Source: Candidatus Aminicenantia bacterium (GTDB lineage Bacteria > Acidobacteriota > Aminicenantia > UBA2199). From it: 64,000 bases of DNA. Position 1 is the stretch's first letter. Each line of letters starts with the position of its first letter. The position numbers were made by a program, and so were the translations under genes. A model generated the notes under the pieces. It saw nothing but the letters and a program-made list of their open reading frames with translations. It was not told where the DNA came from and ran no database searches. Positions 30,192 through 39,200 of the stretch are shown piece after piece. The stretch is taken from positions 308 to 64,307 of the forward strand of contig CBDDBX010000037.1 in assembly GCA_965225955.1 (NCBI GenBank), read 5' to 3'.

Positions 30192-30438
30192 GTTTTTCCT
30201 GTTAAAGAATAGCAGCACAGATTTAAGTAAGGTAAACAAGAAGTTCCTCCCTTCAAGTACAAAGTGAAAAGCTATTCCTTCGCAAGCGTATTACTCATGC
30301 ATAGTCTCTCGCATCCAAAGATTCTTCCTTTAATATAAAGTCTTACAGTTATTCACCCACACCTGTGTTTGTCCGTGTTTGTCATTGTTAGTCTGTTCTC
30401 TTTGTGTACCTTAAAAACAGTCTGCCAATCGCCCCAAC

Positions 30439-30516
30439 CTTGACACACATCCCACCATCTGCTCAAATAAAATCGTAAGAATTATTAATACAAAAGGTTT
30501 AAGAACCTTTTGTATT
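30439..30516 (+). promoter_or_regulatory. 67-bp promoter-like element (duplicated at 34928-34994) ending in a 13-bp hairpin
   Basis: TTGACA-17-TCAAAT; AATACAAAAGGTT-TAAG-AACCTTTTGTATT; one mismatch versus the second copy. Confidence 0.7.
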
Positions 30517-30588
30517 GACTTTGGGATGAGGATTAGTGTAGTAATTATTTGATTTGTAAAGTTTGAGTTAGTTTGTTTGGAGAGAATT

Positions 30589-31140
30589 ATGAGAAAATTG
30601 GTTCTGTATTTGGGGTTAACTTTACTCATTTTGTCGACTGTTGTTTCGGTTAAGCTTTATCTTGATAACCAGCATCTATTGGAAGCGTTTCCTATATTGA
30701 TTCAAAATGAGAGAATACCGTCTTTCGATGTAATTGATACTGATGCACAAGATTACAGTGAAGAGTCGTTGAATAAAGGAATAAATGCTGTTTTTATTTT
30801 TAAAAAACCCTGCTCTTTCTGTAGTGACAATATGCTCTATTGGGGGAGAATCGCCAGAAGGTTTACAGAGGCAGGTGGTAGAGTTTTTGGTGTAGTTTTA
30901 GGCAATCCTGACGAAATGTTCAGGTTGAAAGAAAAAGTCGGAGATGAATTTATACCATGCTCACCCAACAATGAAGTAGAGTTTGTCAAAAATATGAGAA
31001 TTAAAATGAATCTTGAGCAAACTTTGATAATAAACAATGGAAAAGTTGCTATGAGTAAGCTTGGCGCTCTGTCAGGTAATGACTTTATAGAGGTTATCAA
31101 GGTTTTTAATAAATTGAAAGGAAAGGGTAATGAGAAATAA
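30589..31140 (+). CDS. Membrane-anchored thioredoxin-fold (redoxin/TlpA-like) protein, module 1
   Basis: N-terminal TM helix; IPSF; AVFIFKKPCSFC (CxxC); QTLIINNGKV. Confidence 0.7.
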   Translation: MRKLVLYLGLTLLILSTVVSVKLYLDNQHLLEAFPILIQNERIPSFDVIDTDAQDYSEESLNKGINAVFIFKKPCSFCSDNMLYWGRIARRFTEAGGRVFGVVLGNPDEMFRLKEKVGDEFIPCSPNNEVEFVKNMRIKMNLEQTLIINNGKVAMSKLGALSGNDFIEVIKVFNKLKGKGNEK

Positions 31141-32217
31141 GTCGGTTTTTTTTAGTGGTTGTACATTTGATTGTGACGGGTTTTTTACTGAGTAAGATTG
31201 ATGTCGTTAAAAGCCCGGTTATAACTCATAAAGAGACGGGAATCTCTGACCTGATAAAGGTTGGCAAAATTCCAGCTGATTTCAGTTCAAAGCATTTTTT
31301 TGCAAGGGCATCCAGAGTACTTGTTGGATCGAATAAATACATATATGTTTATGATGATTTACTGACAAGGTTCTTTGTTTTTAACAAAGAGTATCACTTT
31401 ATTAGCTCATTTTGTAGAGAAGGACAGGGACCTGGAGAATTATCGGCATCTTTTCAGCCAAAATTTTTCAATATTACTTACGATAACAGAATCGTTGTAA
31501 CGGACCAAATGCTGAAACGGTCAATTGTTTTTGATAGTGAAGGAAAAACAATAAAAACGTACAAGTTCATTAAAGAGCTTAATACAGTATATCCTTTTCT
31601 GAAATCCGACCAGTTTTTTATTGGTGCTTCCGGCTCTAAGCATAGATTTGAAAAGATAGTTCTGCTTAACAACAAGTCTAAAACGGTTAAATGTATTGTC
31701 ACAAAAGAAGATAATAGTAAGTTTCTTTTAAAGAGCCCTGCTGAATATATATTGGTTAAAAGTTCCGGCAAGTATGGTAGTGATACAGAGGGGATTTTTA
31801 GAAGATCTGAAAGCATTGCATCCATATAATGTCACAGTAGCCAGATTGACTGAAAATTTAATGGCAGTCTATCTGAATAACTCATCGACTATGATTGTGT
31901 TTAATCAGAGTGGGGAAGTATTAAAGAAACTATCTATCGTTCCTGAATTAGCGCTGGAATATTTGAAAAAGACAATAAAAAAGGATAAGAGGTATGCTAC
32001 GCTCTTCTTCTATTTTATGACTGATATCCATTCAGAGACATTTTTGTTAGGTGCTATCTCAAATAAAGATAAATTTCTCTGGTATAAATTCGATACGTCA
32101 GGGAATCTATTAAAAGTCCTGGCTATTCCTCTGGGAAGCAGGATTATCGGTTATGGGCAGGGTCGCTATTTTTGCAGAGAGAAAGATGACATTATTATAT
32201 ATCGGGAGGAGAGTTAA
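31130..32217 (+). pseudogene. 6-bladed beta-propeller protein, module 1, split by two apparent +1 frameshifts
   Basis: ATG 31130 joins ORF 31155 if T8 (31146-31153) loses one T; ORF 31155 joins ORF 31774 if one base is lost near GAGGGGA (~31790); REGQGPGE motif. Confidence 0.7.
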
Positions 32218-32218
32218 T

Positions 32219-32533
32219 ATGAAGCAGAAAATTTTACTTGTTATTTTACTTATCTGTGCAATTGTGACGGGTATTATTGTTTCTTCAGTTCAAGCACAAG
32301 CTATGTCTGCTATGTCGTGCTACTGTTTACCATCTTTGTCAGAAGTTGCAGCTATATGTGATTATGGGGCTAGAGAGTTTATAGGCGCAAGGCTGGTAGG
32401 ACACAAGTGTTACTATACAGATTGTATTTCCAAATACCAGATTCTGTGTTTACCTGTGCATTCTCCGAAACCCCTGACAGCATATGGTAATTTTGGTAAG
32501 CATTGCATGGGGGATTGCCAGACAGATTTTTAG
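32219..32533 (+). CDS. Secreted Cys-rich small protein (8 Cys in the mature part), module 1
   Basis: GGAGGAG RBS; signal MKQKILLVILLICAIVTGIIVSSVQAQA; CxC...C...CxxxxC...C...CxxxC. Confidence 0.75.
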   Translation: MKQKILLVILLICAIVTGIIVSSVQAQAMSAMSCYCLPSLSEVAAICDYGAREFIGARLVGHKCYYTDCISKYQILCLPVHSPKPLTAYGNFGKHCMGDCQTDF

Positions 32534-32564
32534 TAAATTGTATTCAAGCTCTCACAGTAGCATA

Positions 32565-34081
32565 TTAACTGGAGCTATCAGGTTTAAAGTTTGTCTGAAC
32601 AATCTGTTCCATTCGGATTAATTCATCGTCTGTTAGGAAGTTGAAAAATGATTTCCGTTTTGAAGCTGATAGTTTTCCTCTGTTTTGTAGACAGAATTTT
32701 ATAAAGAGATCTATATAGCGATCCGGTAAGTCCGCGATATCCTGAAGTGATTTTTTGGTTTTATCATAGTTTGTAAGGAAATTGAGTTCATTGTGGAGCT
32801 CTTCCTCAATCGTTAATTTAATGAAATCGTAAAGAGATTCAGCCTGATAAGTAAGATCCATATACTTATACCATTGAGAGGTGTCATTTAATACCTCCAT
32901 TACTCCGAATTCATCAAGAGAGTAATCGGTTACATTGCTGATTGGTTTTGAAAAATGTTCCAGAGATTCGTTGTATTGTGAGTTGTGTTTTAACATTGTG
33001 GCTGATACAGGGAAAATCAGATTATGGGGTATTAAATTGTATTCAGATAAAATATTGTGGATAAGAAATCTGTGAATTCTACCATTTCCATCTTCAAAGG
33101 GGTGAAGAAAAACAAAACCATAGGAAATTATTGCTGCATGAATGACTGGATGTATTCCACCCGATTTCATTATGTTATGAGACTCTATCAACCCTTCCAT
33201 TAGTTGTTTAATATCAGTCGGTTTTGGACAAATGAAATGTATTATTTCTTTTGATACATAACTGTTTCTCCAACATAATTTTGCAGGGTTCTGTAATTGT
33301 CAGCTTTAAATCTGGGGTCAATGATCTGGTTTTGTAGTAGTATAAGATCGTTTTTGTTACAAAAATCCCTATCTTTTGCACTTTTCAGAAGCTGAGTGAA
33401 TTTTTCAGATCTTCTAATATCAGGTGATATGTTTTCGATTTCAAAAGATGATTTTGTCTCCTTTCCATAAAGATAGTTAAGTGATCTCTTTATTATATCC
33501 TGATGGAAAGTGTCAATTATTTCTTTTGATTTCTGATATATATCAATCTTTTCTCTGGATTTCAGATGCTCTGTTTTTCTTATAACAGGGCAGAAAGAAG
33601 ATGGGCCGGGGAGGTTGTTTATTATCTTTTGTCTTTTTATACGTGATCCATTTGATATTGTATAATATCTCTTCTCTTCAAGAATCTCTGTATAGTTTCC
33701 TTTTGTTAAAGGAGGAATATTTAGAATCCTGGCTGTGAGAAATTCATATAAGAACCATATCTTTCTTGTATATTTGCTGGTAGGTTTGCTTTTTATATAT
33801 GTTTCCAGTTCAACCGGATTAATTCGGTTAAATATTAGATAAAGAATACTGAGATTGATTCCATCGTATTTAATTGCAAACTCCAGATGATCTGTATAGT
33901 TATCACCAGGCCAGTAAGTATGTGGATATATTTCCTGAGTTTTATGACGACTCTGTATTGAATGGCGGTTTGCAGTATTTGAAATATAGGAGGTTTTCCA
34001 GTTGGGAATTGTTTTGAGGTTTAATTCTTTTATGAGATAAGTGTAGCCAACAGTTTGTAATTCAGAAATATTTATATTCAT
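32565..34081 (-). pseudogene. Fic-family protein split by a frameshift at about 33250
   Basis: Canonical HPFEDGNGRIHR in the 3' ORF; adding one A to CAAAAG gives continuous YVGETVMYQKEIIHFICPKP. Confidence 0.85.
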
Positions 34082-34090
34082 TCTATTTCC

Positions 34091-34200
34091 TCAGAAAATT
34101 GTTATATTATTTTAAATATAGTTATATTTCGATATAAAGTCAAAAAAATAGTTATTTTTGGATAGTTTTGTTTAAAAATGATTAAAAAAAGAGGTCTCTT
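34091..34200. repeat. Degenerate 30-bp-period array, copy 2, upstream of Fic
   Basis: Cores GTTAT/ATTAA at 34121, 34151 and 34181 (extra core at 34101); CGATAT/GGATAG at +9. Confidence 0.55.
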
Positions 34201-34264
34201 TGGAAAAATGCAGGTGTTTCCTTGTAAATTTATTTAAACACCAATTGGAAGATAGATTTATAAG

Positions 34265-34895
34265 GATAACGCTGACGCGTTGCCCATCTCACCTATATTT
34301 TCAGTCATTCACTTCGTTTTCTAAAAGGTGACAGCTACGCTGTGCCCATCTCTGCTATTAATCGCTGTTCGCAAGCTCACTGCTCATGCAGAGACCTTCA
34401 GTGGTGAGAGGTGCTCCAGACGGGTTAGGCATGCCTTAAATATAGTGACAAGCTGTTCTCTCGCAAGCTCATTACTCATGCGGAGAAGGAGGGGATTCTT
34501 CCTGTGTGTTTTTATGACATTCAATAACCCGTTAAACGGGTTTGATATATCAAACCCCTACACGACCATAAGCTTTCCACTTAGTGTGAAATCGTACAGT
34601 TGTTTTTGGTTCCTGCAGAAATTAAAAACAGGCTCCCCCCATACATTCATCCAGGAAATCCGCAGCGTCTCTGAAGGAAGGAAGTAGCGAAGCGAATGAC
34701 GACTAATATCAGAGATGGGCGACGCGCCAGCGTCATCATTAACAAAGGACATAGCTCTCCTCCTGGAGGAGGAGTACCCGAAGAATGAGGGGGAGGAGGT
34801 TATTATGACTTTAATTGCCGGTCATAACAGTACAGCTTTTCAGGTTCAGCAGAATTAAAATAAGAAACGTAGGGTCACAACATGCTGTGACCGTT
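34265..34895. repeat. Mosaic REP-like composite repeat, copy B, with a ~50-bp imperfect inverted repeat (34265-34316 / 34688-34737)
   Basis: Shares modules with the 25123-25468, 29382-29608 and 40544-40983 loci. Confidence 0.88.
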
Positions 34896-34993
34896 TGTTT
34901 GTTAAGGACAAATCAAAACAGACGAGTCTTGACACACATCCCGCCATCTGCTCAAATAAAATCGTAAGAATTATTAATACAAAAGGTTTAAGA

Positions 34994-37747
34994 ATGAGTG
35001 AGATGGTTAAGAAGTGTTTGAGTAAGGTTTTCTGGTATCTGTTTATAGCCTATATCTGGACTGTAGCAAATATTTATCTGATAGATGAGTTTAAGCTAAA
35101 GAGTAAATATTTGAAATTCTTTAAATGGTTGAATGAGGACGGATTATTGCAGATGCCGAACTGGTGGATAATAGTCATCCCTTTGAGTTTGGTAGTTCTT
35201 GGTCTGGTGTCTAAAACTACCTGGCAAAGATTTAAGCTTTGGGGTGATAGAGTAAATAGGGGGCTCTTTCTTGCTTTTTGTTTTAGTGTATCTCATTACA
35301 TAGCTTTATTTCCATATATTGATGAATCTTATATTAGCAATCTTTTTCTGGTTATAGCCTACTCTTTTTATGGATTGTTTATTGTTTCTGTACAACGTGA
35401 AACAAATCGCAGGATTGAAGAAGAAAGGAATAAAAAGGATGATCAATTTACATCAAAAGATTTGTTTGAAAGAGAATTGCTTGCTGAAGATATTTCAAGA
35501 GATATTTGTAACTATGCTAAAGAAAAGTTTTTAAATGTTGCAATATACGGTGATTGGGGATCAGGCAAAACGTTTCTCATGAGAATGTTAAAAGAAAAGT
35601 TTGATAAAAAAAAGATAAATACGGTTTGGTTTGATCCATGGAGATATACGGATTTTAATAAGATGAAAAGAGATCTTATTGTTGAAATAGCTAAATCATT
35701 AAATGGAGATAATCTTAGTTTTATAAAATTTTCAATCTTCATTGCAGAAAAGCTACCATTTCTAAAGTGGGTAGTAGATCTGATTTCAGTTAAGTCAGTC
35801 ATTGCAGGTGATTTTGTTTCATTGCTACTTAATAACTCTACTGATACAGATCAGCTTAAAAAACGTATTGGTAAGCATTTACAAAAATTGAGTAAAACTG
35901 ATTGTGTTTGCAGCGCTAACGGTAATGATAGGAATAGAAGAAATAACGGGAATTTTTCGCTGATAGTTTTCATAGATGATTTAGATAGAAGTAAACCGGA
36001 AATAGTGTATCAATTCTTTGCAGAACTTAACCAACTTCTTGATATAGAAGGATGCTGTTTCATTGCAGGGGTTGATAAGAATAAGGTTAAGTGTATTTTA
36101 AAGAATAAAGGTTTTGTTGATGGAGAGAAATTTTTAGTTAAATTGTTTCCGCTGAAACATGCCCTTGGGATAGTGGATAAGTCAGATGAAAAAATAAAAC
36201 TTATTGAATCAGTTATAAACAATAGAAGTAATAATGAAATTCTGGAAAAGTTGAAAGAATTAGATATGAATCTATTTGATGATAATTTAAGAGATTTAAA
36301 ACAGTTTTTTGAAATTTTTGAAATAAAATTAAAAGGCTTGCTTTCCAGGTGGCAAATTAATGAATTGTCATGGGAGAATGTTCTGCTTGGGTTTTGGATA
36401 AAATTTCATTTTCCAGAACATGTCAGATTCATAAACCTTAATAGATCTAAAATTGAGGATTTAGTGAAAAGTGGTTTCTCTGGGAGAAGACTTGAAGAAG
36501 CATGGAGCAGAGATATGGGAGAAGAGCATAAAGAGGACTTATTAGAAAAAAATAGAGAAGATGATGAAAAAATAGCTGAAGAACTAAAAAAATTCTTTTC
36601 TGATAGGTCCGGTAAATTAAAAAACATCATTAGATATATGAGTAACAGTATGTATGCTACTTTTAATCATCCAGAATTAAGAGTCTTTAATAAGTTGTCA
36701 ATTGTACTTTTGGTAAATTTTTTTGAAGAAGAAAAAAGATTCTATGAAATGAAAAACATGGTTGATAAAATAAAAATGGGAGATATTAGAAAAGATGAAA
36801 TGGTAGATGAGGTAATTCTTTTTATAAAGAATATTGCATTAGAATCTCATCAAAAAGATTTTCTTAAGTACATAATTTATCATAGACGAGATATGTACCA
36901 AATTGCAGATACCGAATTAAGCAATAATAAAAAGCAAGAACGACTTTACTCTAATGAAAACAATAACGTACTCTATTTGGTATCTCAAATTTCGCATGTT
37001 GTTGAGCAGGTCACATATTTCGATAAAGAAGTTTATGAATATTGTTATGGTATTTTGACGGCATATATTGATCATGTTGGTGAACATGGGACTCTTGCTA
37101 TATATAAAGAACACGTTGATGAGAATAAAAAATTATTAATTACTTTTACAGAGCAATTTTCTAAAAGGTCAGATAGAGAGCTTATATGGCTAGTAGATTT
37201 CTTAACGAAGCAATTAGATAAATTGAAATTAAGAAGAGGTGAACCTCGATTTAATGCGGAACTTTACATAGGTTTTATAATGAATTTAAAAAAGCTTACC
37301 GAAGAGTCTTTATTTGTGTTTATTAAAGACAAGCTTTTCCTTAATAAAGATGGATTCATAGGTGGAACAATCTTTCAATATGAAGTGATTGTACAAAGCT
37401 ATGTTTTAATGTTTAATAATAAAGAGTTCTATATTAATTCTGATTTCTTAAGTGGAGTGCTTAAAGAGATTATAGCGAATAAAGCAGAACTAAAAGATAA
37501 TATATTTGAATATTTTTATGCTCTGTTTTATAAACTCAGCGAAAGAAACGATGGATACAAAGAGGATTTTATTAAGAACGTGTATCGGGTTTTCTGGAAA
37601 GATCTATGGATTATGCTATGGGGATCTGACTTGAACTATGATATAAAAGAATTTAATTCTTTACGGGACTATATAAAGGAACTGAAGGCTACTCAGAAGA
37701 TACCACATGATATTTTCCCTGAACCAGATGAAAATCAGAATCTTTGA
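34994..37747 (+). CDS. KAP-family P-loop NTPase with N-terminal TM helices
   Basis: DLFERELLA; Walker A GDWGSGKT; WFDPWRY; Walker B FIDDLDRS; FLVKLF; NLRDLK. Confidence 0.88.
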   Translation: MSEMVKKCLSKVFWYLFIAYIWTVANIYLIDEFKLKSKYLKFFKWLNEDGLLQMPNWWIIVIPLSLVVLGLVSKTTWQRFKLWGDRVNRGLFLAFCFSVSHYIALFPYIDESYISNLFLVIAYSFYGLFIVSVQRETNRRIEEERNKKDDQFTSKDLFERELLAEDISRDICNYAKEKFLNVAIYGDWGSGKTFLMRMLKEKFDKKKINTVWFDPWRYTDFNKMKRDLIVEIAKSLNGDNLSFIKFSIFIAEKLPFLKWVVDLISVKSVIAGDFVSLLLNNSTDTDQLKKRIGKHLQKLSKTDCVCSANGNDRNRRNNGNFSLIVFIDDLDRSKPEIVYQFFAELNQLLDIEGCCFIAGVDKNKVKCILKNKGFVDGEKFLVKLFPLKHALGIVDKSDEKIKLIESVINNRSNNEILEKLKELDMNLFDDNLRDLKQFFEIFEIKLKGLLSRWQINELSWENVLLGFWIKFHFPEHVRFINLNRSKIEDLVKSGFSGRRLEEAWSRDMGEEHKEDLLEKNREDDEKIAEELKKFFSDRSGKLKNIIRYMSNSMYATFNHPELRVFNKLSIVLLVNFFEEEKRFYEMKNMVDKIKMGDIRKDEMVDEVILFIKNIALESHQKDFLKYIIYHRRDMYQIADTELSNNKKQERLYSNENNNVLYLVSQISHVVEQVTYFDKEVYEYCYGILTAYIDHVGEHGTLAIYKEHVDENKKLLITFTEQFSKRSDRELIWLVDFLTKQLDKLKLRRGEPRFNAELYIGFIMNLKKLTEESLFVFIKDKLFLNKDGFIGGTIFQYEVIVQSYVLMFNNKEFYINSDFLSGVLKEIIANKAELKDNIFEYFYALFYKLSERNDGYKEDFIKNVYRVFWKDLWIMLWGSDLNYDIKEFNSLRDYIKELKATQKIPHDIFPEPDENQNL

Positions 37748-37788
37748 ATAAGGGATTGCTAATTATTGCAGCGGATTTTGAGAAGTTA

Positions 37789-38220
37789 TTATATATAGTT
37801 TGTTATATAGTTTGCTAGTAAACTTGCAAAAAATCCTAATATAAACCCGATAATAATACTCCGTATGCGTGATTTTTTTGTAGCTTGAGATATAACACGC
37901 ATTAAAGATTCCGAAGATATTTTAAGAAGAGTTTCATTAGTGTCTTTATCTTTTTTTAATTCATCAACTTGCGATTTCAAATTTTTTAAAGACAACAAGT
38001 TTTTGTTGGATTCAATCTCTAGTTCTTTAACGGCATCTGCTGCATCAATCAAATCCATTCTGATGTTTTCTAGCTTCTTAATACGTTTATCTAGTTGCTC
38101 TTTATTGGTCAGATTTTGCAAATCTATTTCGTAAGTGAGACCAAGTAAACCAATTCTGAGTTTTGATCTTTTGATGTGTGATTTTAGTATATCCAGTTGA
38201 TTTAAAAGTATAGTTTTCAA
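37789..38220 (-). CDS. Hypothetical coiled-coil protein with C-terminal TM helix
   Basis: Heptad-rich middle; IIIGFILGFFASLLA tail; TTG start after GGAGA. Confidence 0.6.
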   Translation of the reverse strand: MKTILLNQLDILKSHIKRSKLRIGLLGLTYEIDLQNLTNKEQLDKRIKKLENIRMDLIDAADAVKELEIESNKNLLSLKNLKSQVDELKKDKDTNETLLKISSESLMRVISQATKKSRIRSIIIGFILGFFASLLANYITNYI

Positions 38221-38279
38221 TTCTCTTCTCCATTAATTTTATATAAACCTCTTTCATTTCATCAGATGGTAATGTTGTT

Positions 38280-38295
38280 GTCAAGGTGGGGGAAT
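38280..38295. repeat. 16-bp direct repeat GTCAAGGTGGGGGAAT, left copy, overlapping a minus-strand -35 box
   Basis: Exact copy at 40520-40535. Confidence 0.8.
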
Positions 38296-38343
38296 CGGTA
38301 CAGAGATGTATGGGGTTGGGTGTTCTTTCAGAGTAGACGCTTT

Positions 38344-38598
38344 TTAGAAATTAGGGCGTCTGGCGCAGGGAATATTAAAACAAATTATCACGTTATTCTT
38401 TTTATACTGGCACTCTATCCTGTAACCTGTGTACCATCCATTTTCGTATCCGCACTGAATCTGTACCGGAGCTGAACGGAAAAAAGGCCATGAGCCTCCC
38501 TTACCAATCTCGTCGCCGGGGTTATGATCAGTATTTGCAAGAACTAAGAGCCCGCTTGCTAAAATTAATGACAAAACAGCCAGAGAAAGTTTTCTCAT
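38344..38598 (-). CDS. Secreted Cys-rich small protein (4 Cys), module 2
   Basis: GGAGG RBS; start overlaps the redoxin stop; signal MRKLSLAVLSLILASGLLVLA. Confidence 0.75.
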   Translation of the reverse strand: MRKLSLAVLSLILASGLLVLANTDHNPGDEIGKGGSWPFFRSAPVQIQCGYENGWYTGYRIECQYKKNNVIICFNIPCARRPNF

Positions 38599-39200
38599 TT
38601 TACCTCCTTAATTATTAAAAAATATTGTGAACAGAATTGGAAAAATGTATCTGCAAACATCTCTGTACCTGGAGTCGGGAGCAGAACAGAAATAATTCTG
38701 TTATTATCCTGTAAAAACATAATTGATGGATGTGTGATACTGTTCAATTTAAAAAAACTATCATTCTGAGGGTAGAATATCGGAGCTTTAATATTAAAAT
38801 TTTTGCGGAATAGTTCTATCTGTGAGGTATTTTGAGTATCTATTATTATGGCACATGAAGTGGATGTATCTGAGGCGTATAGCCTGTTTATGAATGAGAG
38901 TTCTTTCTTAATGCATAAGTCACAGGAACTATTTTTAAAAGCAAATATTAATCTGTAATTTTCAATGCTATGATTACCTGAATCACTTATTAATGGGGGA
39001 TATGAAATACCATGAAGAAGATAGTCGAATTCCTGAGTTCTAATTGATCTGTAATATTGTTGTATAGAGTGGTGCGTTTTATTAAGACTGGTTAACTTTT
39101 TTTGAAGAGTGTTTCTGTCGGAATAGATTTTCAGAAAAGCAGAAACTACGAGTATTATTGCTGCTGAATATATGATTAGTAGACCTCTATTTATCTTCAT
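38595..39200 (-). CDS. Membrane-anchored thioredoxin-fold protein, module 2
   Basis: N-terminal TM helix and coiled coil; LIFAFKNSSCDLC (CxxC); HPSIMFLQDNNRII cis-Pro-like loop. Confidence 0.7.
   Translation of the reverse strand: MKINRGLLIIYSAAIILVVSAFLKIYSDRNTLQKKLTSLNKTHHSIQQYYRSIRTQEFDYLLHGISYPPLISDSGNHSIENYRLIFAFKNSSCDLCIKKELSFINRLYASDTSTSCAIIIDTQNTSQIELFRKNFNIKAPIFYPQNDSFFKLNSITHPSIMFLQDNNRIISVLLPTPGTEMFADTFFQFCSQYFLIIKEVK

Noticed and set aside
32219-32533. Classical RiPP precursor (lanthipeptide, ranthipeptide etc.)
   Set aside because: It has a Sec-type signal rather than a leader peptide, and there is no adjacent modifying enzyme or peptidase-transporter.
34895-34993. N-terminal extensions in the ORF track (also 1074, 11537, 21618, 41320, 44966, 47473)
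   Set aside because: Downstream starts fit the RBS, gene overlap or family N-terminus better; the KAP extension is just the duplicated promoter element.
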